64,000 nucleotides of DNA from Balanoglossus misakiensis (Eukaryota; Animalia; Hemichordata). The stretch spans positions 434,001-498,000 of the forward strand of contig CM082597.2 of assembly GCA_040954595.2 (NCBI GenBank), written 5' to 3'. Positions 42,831-55,389 of this stretch are shown piece by piece. Every line of letters starts with the position of its first letter. Within the stretch, counting starts at the first letter, position 1. The notes under the pieces are model-generated. The model was not told where the DNA came from, ran no database searches, and saw only the letters and a list, made by a program, of their open reading frames with translations. The position numbers and the translations under genes are program-made.

Positions 42831-45800
42831 ACAACACAATTATTCACCAAAGAGTCTGTTATAACTCATTCACAAAGGGATAAAGATTTTATTCGGACGT
42901 TTTCAGAGTAGACACACACACCATGCAGCATGTTGTGTAGCTGTCTGGTACACTGTTTGTACAGGAATTACAAGTATGTACAAGGCAAGACTGTTGTTAG
43001 TGTATACGGTGTTGATATAGGCAGTAATTGTTCACATGTCAAGTCAATAGCAGCTACTGTGTACACATGCACCTGTAACATTGAGGTCAGTCAGTGGCCA
43101 TTGTGCAGATACAAATCTTGTCGTACAAACACACTGAGTAAAGACTAGAGGTAGTGTTGGCAAACTTTGTATTGTCAACGTTCTGTGCTGTGAACACACT
43201 TGGTTTCCAGCTTTAGTCAAATCACACACTGGTCTTTTCATTGCGACCATCATCAATGAGTTTAAACCAATTTTCTGTAGCAAAGAAGGTCAGTGAGTGT
43301 GACGGTAAATTCGTTTTCTTGTCTGGCATTCAAGTCTTGTCGGCCATGACCACCATCTTGTTTTATACAATGCTAAACACTGTATTCCTTACAACTCAGT
43401 GTTACTTAGATTGATGAATGACTAGAGTTAGCACACAGCTCAACTATGCAGAGAATTACAAACAACAGCCAGATATAGAATCCATTCATTACTTTCTAAG
43501 CAGTTCAACCACCAGTCAAGATCTGTCCACAATCGATGTAATTTGACCTAATCCCAACAATTTATAGCTCAGAATAATTCTACTCAGTTCCATTACAGCA
43601 TTGCCATCATCCATCCATCAGTTGCAAGTCAATAACGTATGTAATTGTTAGAAAATATCAAATTCTGTACTTTGACTCCATGTTCATTCCAAATCTACAA
43701 TTACCAGGATATTGGTTGACATATTTCTGTGTATAAATGTCTCAATTAAACAATCTAAAAATTCAATATTTCAAATACCGGTATATTGATAAGATTTCAA
43801 AAGATCTTCCAGGTGTTACATCAATCGATACAAATTTACAGATCTATGCCAGGTGTAGTCTGTAAACGTGACAAATATCAGCAACACCCACAAGTGCTAA
43901 AGGTCATACGAGTTGCTATACGCCCTTCAACTATTTCGGTCACTCTACGTTTCGAGTGGACAAGAGTTCCTCTTAGCCAATGGTCTTAGTAACTAGACGT
44001 ACAACACACTTCATTAATTATAATTCTTGATGATGTATAACTATAAGAGACTTATTAATCACACTTAAACATCAATGGAAACTGTGTCAACGATCATATA
44101 CTACCAACTACGTATACACGCGAATACATCATCAGTCTGCTGCCCTCTTCAGTTCACTTTGGGTAATGACACCTGTTGCCATGGCAAACCGTGAGGACAA
44201 GTTACAAGCTAAACCTGCCTGTTTCATAAAGTGTAAACATGATTTGTGAATAGCAACTATCAAATGACTGCATGAGACTTCTGCTGTAATTGGCCGAAGT
44301 TGACCACTGGCCAAAAGATGTTGACATTGCTTTAAACCTATCACTCATGCCTACAATCTATCAATCCAATATTATCATTTATAGCTATTCTATTCAATCA
44401 TTCTTTGGAGGTCTTGAGCCATAATTTTTCATGCAATATTCTCACTAATAGTAGAGCATTGAAATGTCACCGCTATATTTCTGTCACTGAATTTATCGGT
44501 GAACACCATATATCACTTTATGATACACTGTAACCCAATTGATTTTCTAGTCGGAGAGAAAAATAATAAAACACTTCCAGCCTATGCGATCAGGTTAGTG
44601 GATGCATGAACTCACCCATGGATGTTTTTTATATGGAAATATGCTTCCTGCATTTCATTGTAATTGCAAAGTCATATGTCATATATCTGTGTTCCCAAAC
44701 CATAGCACGATCAGTGTAAAGTACATGAGTGCGTGGCTTGGTTTAAGAGTTGTGTTACAAACATGAAACTTTGCTGACCACATGATTTAAAGATCTCGGG
44801 AGTAGTTTAAAATAATTTCCATGTGACTATTGTCCAAAAATTCAGAAACACAAACTGGTAATATAGTCTGTTTCATAAACACTCTTTCCACTAATTCAAC
44901 AATCACAGAACTGTCTTACCTTTGCCGAAAACACAGGTCCACACACGTCAACCACCAATGTGTACAGGGTAGATTCCAACGTCAACTGAACCACCACCGC
45001 AAAGGAGTGGTCTGTAACAGAATAAATTATGAGGGAGTACTTAACAGTTCATTCCAGACAGATTGATCACCCATACTATCAACGATTTTATTGACAGCCT
45101 AAAGTTACCTTGTCAATACTTATCTCTCTATCACTGTGTTGTACTCAGCTATAGTGACACAATTAAGTGGTCTACGGCAACCATGGTGATACACACTCTG
45201 GCCAATGTTGATAAATGTACATTATGACCGCGAATAGAAAGGTGACTGACCGTTAGATCTAGCCAATTCAAGAAAAATATCAAGATATATTATGCATTGT
45301 CCAGAATTATATTTTCTACATCGTTTTTTTCCTTTGAAATCTTCCTCCATTGAATCAATTTGTTTTCTCTCTAACCCAACCAGGAAATTTGTTCCACTGA
45401 CAGCAATGAGAGACATTGCTTTTTCTATGCTGTTAACTGCAGGACTCTTTTCTTACAGTTTTGCGAGATGATTACTTCAGAGCTCATACTGATATGTGAT
45501 CATACTGTGTGACTTATTACTATCATCTCAAACAAAAGACAATCTAATATCAGACTCTAGTAGTCGTTTCTGTTTCTCGTTCTCTACACTGCATGACTCC
45601 ACTTTACAAAACACCACGGTATTTTCAACCAGTATGCCCTCTAACAAATATATTTTTAAAAAGCTTTGAGCCGCTTTGAGGATTTCTAAAATTTTCTCCC
45701 AGTCAGCCCTTAGAGGGCACACTGTGTCCAACTCTAAAATAACAGAACACCACCAACTCTATGTTCATCCCGGTATCTTACCTCCAACCCTTGCATCAAA

Positions 45801-46600
45801 GTTCCAGACACACGCCCCACACATCGGCACACACTTTCTCGACAAAGACCTTCCTTCCTCTATCAACTCTCAATGCAATATGCTACGTTGGACTTCCAAT
45901 TGTTAATGAAATGAACCCTGATACAAGTATTAAATCACCACATGCATTGTACAGCATAAATCCATGTAAATATTCCGACTTTAGTCACTGATGACCTCAC
46001 TCACCTCAATTTCCATTCAAAAATTGACAAATCATTCATCACAAGTACTGGAAATCTATTACAACGGTTTTAATGTTATCGCAATCATTCCAACAAAGAA
46101 CTCTTATAACCATAACACTTTGATTCAATCATTTTATTATCACACATTTGTGACAATCAAAACTTTTCATACACAATTCGACTCTCAAATTCACTTTTGA
46201 CAACTGTCATTTTGGAAAATCCAGGAAGAAATATTGTTCAGGTCAGACCCCAGAGGCTGTATGTTTTAGACAATTCCAATGTATGACTAACAAATATTCA
46301 TCAAAACAAAATGTAGATTAAAGACAATCAACATACAACTGGTCTCTATAGAATGGATAGATTGATTACTGTTAGGTAAGTGACTACAGGCCTGATAGCT
46401 CACAGATCATATGGATGAATGACTAGGAATTATTCTGGCTATATGTGGGTTTAGATGGCTAGGCAAAGCTGGGTCACAAGGATGTCTGATTTGGAAGTTG
46501 ATAGCAGAGCTGACTACAGTTAGGCTACTGTCAGCAAGTTCTGTGGTGGCGCACTTTTTCACATGGCCACTCAAGTGAAAAACCTGATTGGTTTAATTTA

Positions 46601-46823
46601 CAGTGAAACCAGTCCTTACAGACTAGACACCTCTCTAATCAGGACAACTCTCTATTAAAGACAGCTTCTCGAGACAAAAGTTAAAATTGACTGTGTATTT
46701 AAGACCCTGTCTATTAAGGACAATTTCTGTCCCTAAGGTATCCTTAATCGATACCTGTCTAGTATAAAGGCCAGTTTATTCATTTTAAGTCCCTTGACTG
46801 GCCACTATAGACATGTTTGTCTG
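46601..46823. mobile_element. pogo/Tigger-type (Tc1-mariner superfamily) MITE
   Basis: TA-cagtgaaaccagtc ... gacatgtttgtctg-TA: imperfect TIRs with TA flanks, plus an internal repeated tctattaaRgaca motif. Confidence 0.65.
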
Positions 46824-47284
46824 TAAATGTATTTGGGATGTCAAAAGTACAGGTGTTGAGGTCATTCTGGGGTTGCCGTAAACGGACACGGTTGCCAGGG
46901 TAACACTGATTTTCGCTGACAACAGCCGTATCAGCTATGAACTTAACAAGTACATGTCTGTATCTCGCTTCAAACTCTTGACGTCTTTGACACATTTCTT
47001 TCAGGTGTCCAAGGCAAGATAATATTACCTTTTAACACCTGCTTAGATTGTTGCCACTCTCAGGTGAGAGTTATATTACTATCTGACCCAAACTAGCTGT
47101 GAATGTGTCATTCTCATCTGGAAATGACCGCACACATTCCCATGACATGGAAGGTGAGCTCCTACTATCAGTTTCACACTTTGAAAGTGTTAAACTGTGG
47201 TGTGTTCGAAGTAACCGCAAACATAACCTTTCTAGTCTCACATCTGCTACTTTAAACCTCAACTCACAAACACAGTTACACATG

Positions 47285-47589
47285 TATTCTGGGTAATATA
47301 GATGAGGGGGGTAATCAACTTGCAAATTTCATTCTTTTGATTGGACGTTCTTATATTTTTAAATGTAAAGTGTCGAATGTTTTGCCAAACATGCTTCAGT
47401 TTAAATCATATGTGAAATCTATTTATAAAATAGAAGATAATGTAGCCACTACAAATGATAGACAGGGGATACATCTAGAAAAATGGGGAGCTTTTGTCAA
47501 CTTGTTCGTTGATTAGTGTTCTTTTTGTGGTTTCTTTCTTTTTCTTGTCTTTGTCGACTTTTTTGTTTTTGTCCTGTATTTTTGAAATG

Positions 47590-47630
<41 letters not shown>
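47285..47630 (+). mobile_element. 5'-truncated L1/Tx1-like non-LTR retrotransposon insertion
   Basis: Perfect 13-bp TSD acagttacacatg (47272-47284 and 47631-47643), ~41-nt pure poly(A), T-rich 3'UTR and an uninterrupted ORF tail. Confidence 0.92.
47286..47516 (+). pseudogene. C-terminal 76 aa of an L1/Tx1-like ORF2, with no start codon of its own
   Basis: ILGNIDEGGNQLANFILLIGRSYIFKCKVSNVLPNMLQFKSYVKSIYKIEDNVATTNDRQGIHLEKWGAFVNLFVD*. Matches the N.ILL..K/R.YI..C...P...F...E..A...H..KW pattern of L1/Tx1 ORF2 ends. Confidence 0.8.
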
Positions 47631-47632
<2 letters not shown>

Positions 47633-47689
47633 AGTTACACATGCTATCTTCTGTAAGATGGAAAGGTTATTAAAGTTCCATTAACTGTA

Positions 47690-47740
47690 ATTAGGGTTTC
47701 GAGACCAGAGGGGTCTCGAAACCCTCTTGAAATCGTGTTG

Positions 47741-47777
<37 letters not shown>

Positions 47778-49170
47778 CCACTCTTAAAAACAGCCGCTAT
47801 TCGAAGACCGTTGCACCTAATGACTTGAAATTTGGCTCACAATCATCTAATCCTTTACACTGATCCCCTTTCAGTTAATCCACACTACATCCTCAAGATT
47901 ATCCCTAATACAAATCCGTCCTATTTGCTCATAACCGTATTATATTACCTTCACTGCTGATCAATACAAGTATCTATAGATAAATTCATCATTTCAATAT
48001 GCATATCACTGATAGGTAAATTTTCAATTTTTTTACAAATACATGAATTATACATAAACACAGATTGACAAAATACTGTAATTTTAACATCTAGATCCCC
48101 TTTAAGCTATCATTTACATTTTTTCCTTGCTGATTCATATATATCAATTTTATTCTTTCTTTTGCCATCCGAAAATCCCTTTTTAATTCCATTCCGAGTC
48201 TGAGCTTAGTTCTTTATTGATCCATATAAAAACTGTCTCTATGGAGAGCATATCTGTTGCCAGCCAGACTGTCAATAAGTGTCATTGTGTACTCCGTTCA
48301 TTCCTGCCTCACATTCAATTCCGTAATCTCCATCTTCTCTTCCCATTCATCCTTTATTCTCTCCTCATCATTTGCTCTCCCAGCTCATTCCGGTCTCTTC
48401 AAGCACTCCATAAATCTTTCAAACCCCCTACAGGGAATCCCAGCAGAGTCTTTCAACAACACGGACACTCATTCTTCAAGCCTGACTCATTAGACACAGA
48501 CACATGGACGTTACCAATTGTCCAGATTGTAAACGCCCGCGGATATAGTCGACTATTTCAATTCCCACATCGCAGACTTCCATTGAAGCACTAGTCCTTT
48601 CCCACATATTGAGATAGCACCTAATATCGCTGAATGAGCTACCTCACAATGCACACCATCATATTATTCTAAATCAAAGGTCTCTACAATCTGCTTATTT
48701 GAATTTTCACTTCACGAACTGGCTGATCAAACTCGGGAGAAGCTTTGGCATGAAAACATCCACTTTTTAGCAACCTTTAAATCCTGTTCAATGAGTGTGT
48801 CTATGACGGCACAGAGGGCAATATTAGCACATTGATTAACTTGGTTTAGGGCATATCAGGTCAATCATGTCCAGGTCAAATAAGGTCAGGTTATTCGTTC
48901 AGGTCAAGTCAGGTCACATTAGGATTGTAAAGAAAATATTAGTCAAGGCATTTCGTTTCAGGTCTGCCAGAATGGAGTAACTTTGACTTGACAGTTGACT
49001 TGTCATGCCAGTCACTCAGGTCAGGTCTGACTGGGTCAAATCTAAATCATCTCTAATCTGATCAGGCTAATTTTACATTACAATCCCACAATGCAATGGG
49101 TTTCACCTGACCAGGACTCTCAAACCAAAACTTTAGTGGAACATACATGTAACAAAGTCAATAGTATACA
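47690..49170 (+). mobile_element. Non-autonomous Helentron/DINE-1-like element; right boundary uncertain
   Basis: 5' perfect 14-bp stem agggtttcgagacc/ggtctcgaaaccct (47693-47725), then (TTA)n at 47745-47776. Repeated aggtca motifs at ~48858-49040 and a degenerate subterminal match ctctcaaacc near 49117. Confidence 0.55.
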
Positions 49171-49420
49171 TTTATGATTACAAAATAACATCTCTTATGA
49201 ATATGAAAATTGAACAATGTTTCTGAAGTTCCGACATACCTGTCATGGAAGATGTACTTGACTTTGTGTTACCATCATAGAGTACCGGGTATTAGCGATG
49301 TTACGATGAATGCACTCCTGTCCAAGATACCACTACACTATAAAGGGAAAAAAAATACAAAACGTTTGTTTTTCTAACTTTCAACAATATTCTTAAATAC
49401 TGACAATATTTAAATGTAAC

Positions 49421-49757
49421 ATTTTATGTAACTGCAGCAATGTGCAGTAGAATGTGATTTTTCAAACCCAATTGTATCCATGATATGCAATAAACATTTG
49501 TCATTGGTCAGTCTAATTGTTACAATGTATCTATGCAGTAAATGTATCAATACTGAATGTGATATTTTATGTAACTGCAGGGATGTATCCCTGTGTAATA
49601 GAATGTAACAATGTGTTTGAAATGTAACAATTTCTTCTGTAGATTGAACAGAACTCAATTATGTAACTGCAGCAATGTATGATATCCCTCTGCAGTAGAA
49701 TGTAACAATGTGTTTGAAATGTAACAATTTCTTCTGTGGATTGAATGGAACTCAATT
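49421..49757. repeat. ~95-bp tandem duplication plus a partial third copy
   Basis: ttatgtaactgcag...tagaatgtaacaatgtgtttgaaatgtaacaatttcttctgt...aactcaatt at 49567 and 49659; partial copy at 49421. Confidence 0.9.
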
Positions 49758-50948
49758 GTACCTCTACTGCACAGTAGCAGAGAGATTTCAATAAGATTTA
49801 TTTTCCTCAATGATGTGACATCAAGCTGTGCTGTCTCCTCCATGGCACTGATATATTTTAGTGCAATACAGAAACAAAGTAGCAAATCATAGCATCCCTG
49901 TGAGACTCGCACAAAGCTATTTGGCCGATAGCATATTAACTGTCTGCTACATTTGTGTGCTTGTCTCACTTAATGATGTCATAGTGTCCACTTTGCTGAA
50001 ACGACCTCCCAAATACAAGTCAAAATTTAGTCTCTTAGCCTCTGACATTGGATAGTGGTAATTTTCTTTAAAAGCTACCATACGTGACTTTGTAAATATA
50101 ACCAGTTACTATAGAGAGTGGAGATTTAGCCAATCAGAGATTTTCACTTGGTTGCCTATGCAAAAAAGTGCACTAACAGTAACTAGAACATGGTCCCTTT
50201 AAAGGGAAGGGGTCGTCGCGCCATGTTTTGAATTTCTTGATGAAAAAAAATCTATTGCTTGTGGTATGATCTGAATAATGATGTATATTCTGTGGACAGT
50301 CCAGTCCCATTATTTACAGGCCATTTAGCGAAGAAAAGAGTTTTATTTTTATTGCAAAATCAAACATGTTGCCATTAACACTGATTTATGACTGCAGATG
50401 ATAAAATATGTCTAAAATAAAGAGATGGTTCCACCCTTATTAGCCATTGATAAAATTCAAAGTGCAGCAAGTAAAATAGAATGTTCGATGTAAGACAGAT
50501 TATACCATTCATTTGTGATCACTTTATGTCTCCACGTTGTCTGACGACATGTAATCCTATTAGTGGGGGTTTCTACATCATAAATCTTGGAGAGCTTGTT
50601 TTGAGGGACGCGACGCGAGTCCCCTGACCCATATTGGTCCAGAAATTCACTACTTTCCAGTGTTTCAGAATGAAAGTGTTTCGATATGAAGTTTATGTTG
50701 AGATAACATTTTCCCCCAAACTCAAAGGACAGGAGACAATACAATTAGACACGGTTTGCACCTGTCTTCTTATGACCCTACAGTGAATAAATCAGCTTTT
50801 ATATTTGATAGTTGATTAGTGTAAGGAGCTAATTAGAGAGTAAATCAATAGACGAATCAGATGAAATCTATAAAACTCTGGTCAGATCTAACACCCAGGA
50901 GACTACTCTCTAACACTGTAATAAACTGCGAGTCTTATCGTGTCAAGG

Positions 50949-51111
50949 TTCACCTCAAAATACTACAATTTGAACTGCAAGTGACCGTCAAAATCTACTG
51001 CACTTGCCAAAGGCCATATTTTTCACCTCAGACAGATCTGAAAATACTACAATTTGAACTGCAAACTACCATTAAATCGACAATTGCCAGAGGACAATTT
51101 TCACCTCAAAA
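50949..51111. repeat. ~75-80-bp tandem duplication
   Basis: aaaatactacaatttgaactgcaa occurs twice and ttcacctca three times. Confidence 0.85.
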
Positions 51112-52154
51112 TCTCATAATTCGATCATTTGAAGTGTAAATGATCATATACATGATACAAGTAGTTTTTTGATACTATTCCTTGTAATTTACAGGATTCA
51201 AATCTAAACCTGCCACACCAATTCATGTAACAAGCAAGTCCACATACAGTCGGAGCCCCTGATTTAAGAAGGGATGCAATTAATAAATGACCAAAAAATA
51301 ACTATAATTTCAATCCAAATGTTTCAGTATATGAAGGAAACCTCCCATTTAAATACAAAGACTAACGTCAGCATGTGGAGATGGTCCCTAAATCCATGCA
51401 GTTCAATTTCCATGCTAACACAGATAACAGCCAACAAATCAATGGTTTCCATGGAAACCAGACAGATACATTATTTCCAATCCCAATCAGAATAATTTGA
51501 TAGTCTGGCCAATTTGAGGCTGGCTAGTAAAGGTTTCTTCTCCCTAGTTTTTGTCATGGCCTTGCAGGTCTATCTAATATCAAGTTCATCAGATGAATGA
51601 TTGTCAAGTCAATGCATTCAAGTATCGGAGAGATACCTCCTTAGGATTAACAATTTGAATTTTAATTTCAAAATATTGAATTAACATGAAAGCAGTCCAA
51701 TGCCTCAGATGCTAGTTGCGTAAACACAGCTATTTTCTTTTTCTTGGGGGAGGGGAGGAAGTCTCTGCTTGTGAAGGAAACCAGCAGTGTCTCCCCGCCT
51801 AAAAATAGCTAAGCAAAGTGAGTTTGTGATTCAGAATAAAGTAATATTCTTTGTCAGTTGTTAAATTGCTATAATTATTCTATAATGACATATCGGTACA
51901 TGTCACCATAACATTGTATCATCCTTAACAATATTGTAGACAACAATGGAATATCTACCAAGGAAATCTCACGGCTGTCAACAAAACTGTCACTTCTCAT
52001 ATTTATGAGACATTCGCCCTTAATGAAATCTATTCTCAAACCAAAACCAACTCTCTTGTAACAAGATAATCTAATCTCACTAATTACCATTTTTCATATA
52101 TGAGCAATCGTATAAAAAGCAAATACTTGAGAACTTAATATTCCATGTAGAAAA

Positions 52155-52234
52155 TGAGATGACCTCTTTGATTGGCTGTCTGAATGAATTACTATGGTGA
52201 TGCATTCAGGTAGCCAATCAAAGAGGTCATCTCA
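52155..52234. repeat. 80-nt near-perfect inverted repeat (hairpin)
   Basis: tgagatgacctctttgattggct / agccaatcaaagaggtcatctca form a perfect 23-bp stem, extended by ctgaatg/cattcag. Confidence 0.93.
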
Positions 52235-55200
52235 AAACTACATCTATTCAGAAAACACATGTAATTACATTTTCTTCTGTGAAATTTTCCTCTGTGTCAT
52301 CAACCTCAACAGAACTGCACAGATTTCCACCACAAATTTGGTGAAAAGTATAAGTTTCATTCTGTGTAAGTTATAGCAGTCATCAGAAACTACTTAATGT
52401 GTATCAGACTTAATCAGAAATAATGACTGCATCGAACACATACCAGGTTCCTTCCACTGTTGCGTTGCCCGCAAAGTCCAATTCTGAGAAGTCCCTCAAA
52501 TGCAAGTCTTTGTTGCCGCAGATGAAATGCAAATTGAAATTCAGAAATTCCAGTCCAATATCAACTATCTACATTGATACTAGTATTCTCAGGTTTTCAG
52601 ATTTTCTCTCTCCTGATAACAAAAGAAATGAATATAAGTATAAGTTCAGAAAGTGATAATTTATCGCTACAAACATAGCAAGGATCAATGCACACACTTC
52701 AGCATATTTGCAATATCACGTTCAATACATAAAGTAATCTGTACGAACAAAGTCTAATGAATTTAGCGTTGCACGCCTTTCCAACTGAACGAATTCAATA
52801 ACACATTGTCTGTCAAACTGATCAACCTTGTTATAATACCCACAGCTCTGCCATATGTCACGTTTTTTGTTGAAAATAGTCTCTACTGCCATGGGGTCAC
52901 TCATTAAATCTCCATACTCATCTACTCATAACCATTCTCTACAAACACATCAATCGATCCACATCTACAATCATTTCTGTATGAACCGGTTACTCCCATA
53001 AAATTACACTTATGAACAATGAATCACAGTTTTTCCTTATAATCAACTTTGACAAGCTACACCAAGAAAAACTTTTTATTCTTTTATTAATATCTAGGTT
53101 ATTTTTTCATGAAATAGGTCATTTATTTCGTTTTGTTTGCCTACTTATAAAACATAACTTGTGGAATATTTGATCTTTACTCCAATCCTGCATGGAGGTA
53201 TGATGTGTAAATACTTGACTGAATTGATTTCTGGCACAGATCATAAATTATATCATTGAAGTACGCTTATATTTACAAATCATGTGAGAATCATGGGAAC
53301 AGTGCAGAATGGCTGATGATTCAACACATTTCAACAAAATCACATATCTCTAGTATTATTATGTGTACAGCAGTTCCTTCCACTGGATTATAAATATGCG
53401 CATAATTGAAGTTTCGTATCAGTAGTACGCCCTCTATCGTTACAGAATGGAAACATTCAAGCTTCCTTTGTTCTGGTGCGTACAGCAGACGTATCATATC
53501 TTTATTGTTATCCACTGGGATACAAAGTCTCTGGATTACAAAGGCTTAAGTCCTACCCAGTAATTCCTGTCATGAACAGCTTTTTTGTGCTTTCGGTACA
53601 AGTAATTGAGGGCAACCAAATCCATTTACTCTAAAATATAAAACAGGTCTTTTCGTACCAGAGAGACTATTCCATATTCGTCAATTAAGATAAATTACAC
53701 ATGAAATACAATCATTGTTTTACGATCATTCGGTACTAAAACATTGAATTATTATGATTTCAGATAATAATATCATGCCTGTACAATTGTCAAGTCCTAT
53801 AGTGTTGTATGAAGCTCTTATTAATAGATGTCCACTTTGTGGGTGTGTTGATAACAACTATAAAACTACGACTCGTAAATTTTACGTGCCAAACTAGTAC
53901 TTACAATGTTCTTTTGAAACGTCTCATGGATATATGAACAAATGACACTGGATTAAGGTGGTGACATCAAACTCCTATTTGCTGTCACAGCCAGTAATCC
54001 CAGGGATTAGCAGAAGCTGCACCACAATGGTAATCCAAAATGTGTCAATTTACAGATTTATCCAACAGACATAAATCCTCCGTTATGAAGCGATATGCAA
54101 ATGACAATATATTATCCAGAAAATGGTTGTGACCCCAAATCACAAAATGTACTATTATATTTCGCCCTGGTAGAGTACAGGGAACTGTTAGTCATAGATA
54201 CAAATAAATTTCGGGTTGTTAATACTTAATAGACAGATGGTAAAATTTGAGACCATTTTGCCTTGAAGAATAACACTTAGTCGATGAATATGCACATCTT
54301 CTCAACATCAAAATTGGTGAAAGTAATGAATCACAATATACACAGGCTTTCCATGTAAGTTGTAACACATCACCATATCCCCCTTACTGAAAAGACCAAT
54401 GACCAAACTTCAGGAGACAATGCAAGATCGAGAGTGGCAGGAAAGCATATATGCAGAAGGACTTTCTTTTGCAACACTGGACACACACGTAAACTGACTA
54501 CGAGGCGAAAGGAAAATGCGAATCATGCCTTGATCCTTCTTTAATATTTTAACAGTACGTATACTACACTTACACCAAGCTTTCTTTCCAACAAAGAAAA
54601 GATCACACGAATTCCAAATCATTTCTTCTTTCAAAAGAAACATCTTGACTGCGTATGCCATTCGATAAATGAAGCTAATTGTGAATATCAGAAGCCATAC
54701 AATAACTGGTGTTTCCAATTTACAATATGATGTCTATTATCTGTAAAAGTTCAATTCTGGTGATGTACATGAAAAGAGTTGGTCTCCGTAACAATGAAAA
54801 TACAACACCATTCTATTTTGTACGTGACTAACTTGAAGACACTCAGCGTGATGACTGAGACGAAAACCGACAGCTAGCTTCTTGAACAATATGCTGTGTC
54901 AACTGTAACGCTTTGTTCTGATTTTCACGTCGGCATTCTCGGGAAACGCGAGCTGCAAATATGCCAGGGTGACATATATCTCTGATGATAATTATCAAAT
55001 TTGAAGAACATTTTTTTCTGTTTAAAACAGACGACCAGTCCCAATAATCTCTCTTTTCACAGCAGAATTTTGAAGTCTGAAGAATCAAATTTATTAGGTG
55101 TGAAGTAGCTATTATTTATGTATTTCTAGACGATCTTTTACAACACTTCACTTTCCCAAGGCAGGAATTACAGCCACTAACGCAGGACACAGCTGTACCA

Positions 55201-55304
55201 TAAAAATCAAATTAAACTCTGCAGTCCAGACAACCTGCACTACTGGAAGATGAATATCACAGCATGAATCTTTCATCATCTGCAAATTTCCCTGAGTCTT
55301 TTAA

Positions 55305-55389
55305 CCCTTTCACCACCATGGTTCAGTCCAAACCCATTGTTTTCTATAGTAAGGTTGGACCTCTTAAGAGGGAACTGAGGGTGAAAGGG
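55305..55389 (+). mobile_element. 85-bp piggyBac-type MITE, copy 3
   Basis: TTAA at 55301-55304 and 55390-55393; TIRs ccctttcacc/ggtgaaaggg. Confidence 0.92.

Noticed and set aside
42031-46010. Strong minus-strand donor-like sites at 42031, 44920, 45782 and ~46004
   Set aside because: A few AG|GTAAG-type matches per strand are expected by chance in 64 kb of this composition, and similar ones occur on the plus strand. No matching acceptors were identified.
54410-54718. 102-aa ORF with a hydrophobic N-terminus, and the other 60-125 aa ORFs in the track
   Set aside because: No recognisable domains, many non-ATG starts, and lengths consistent with chance in AT-rich DNA.
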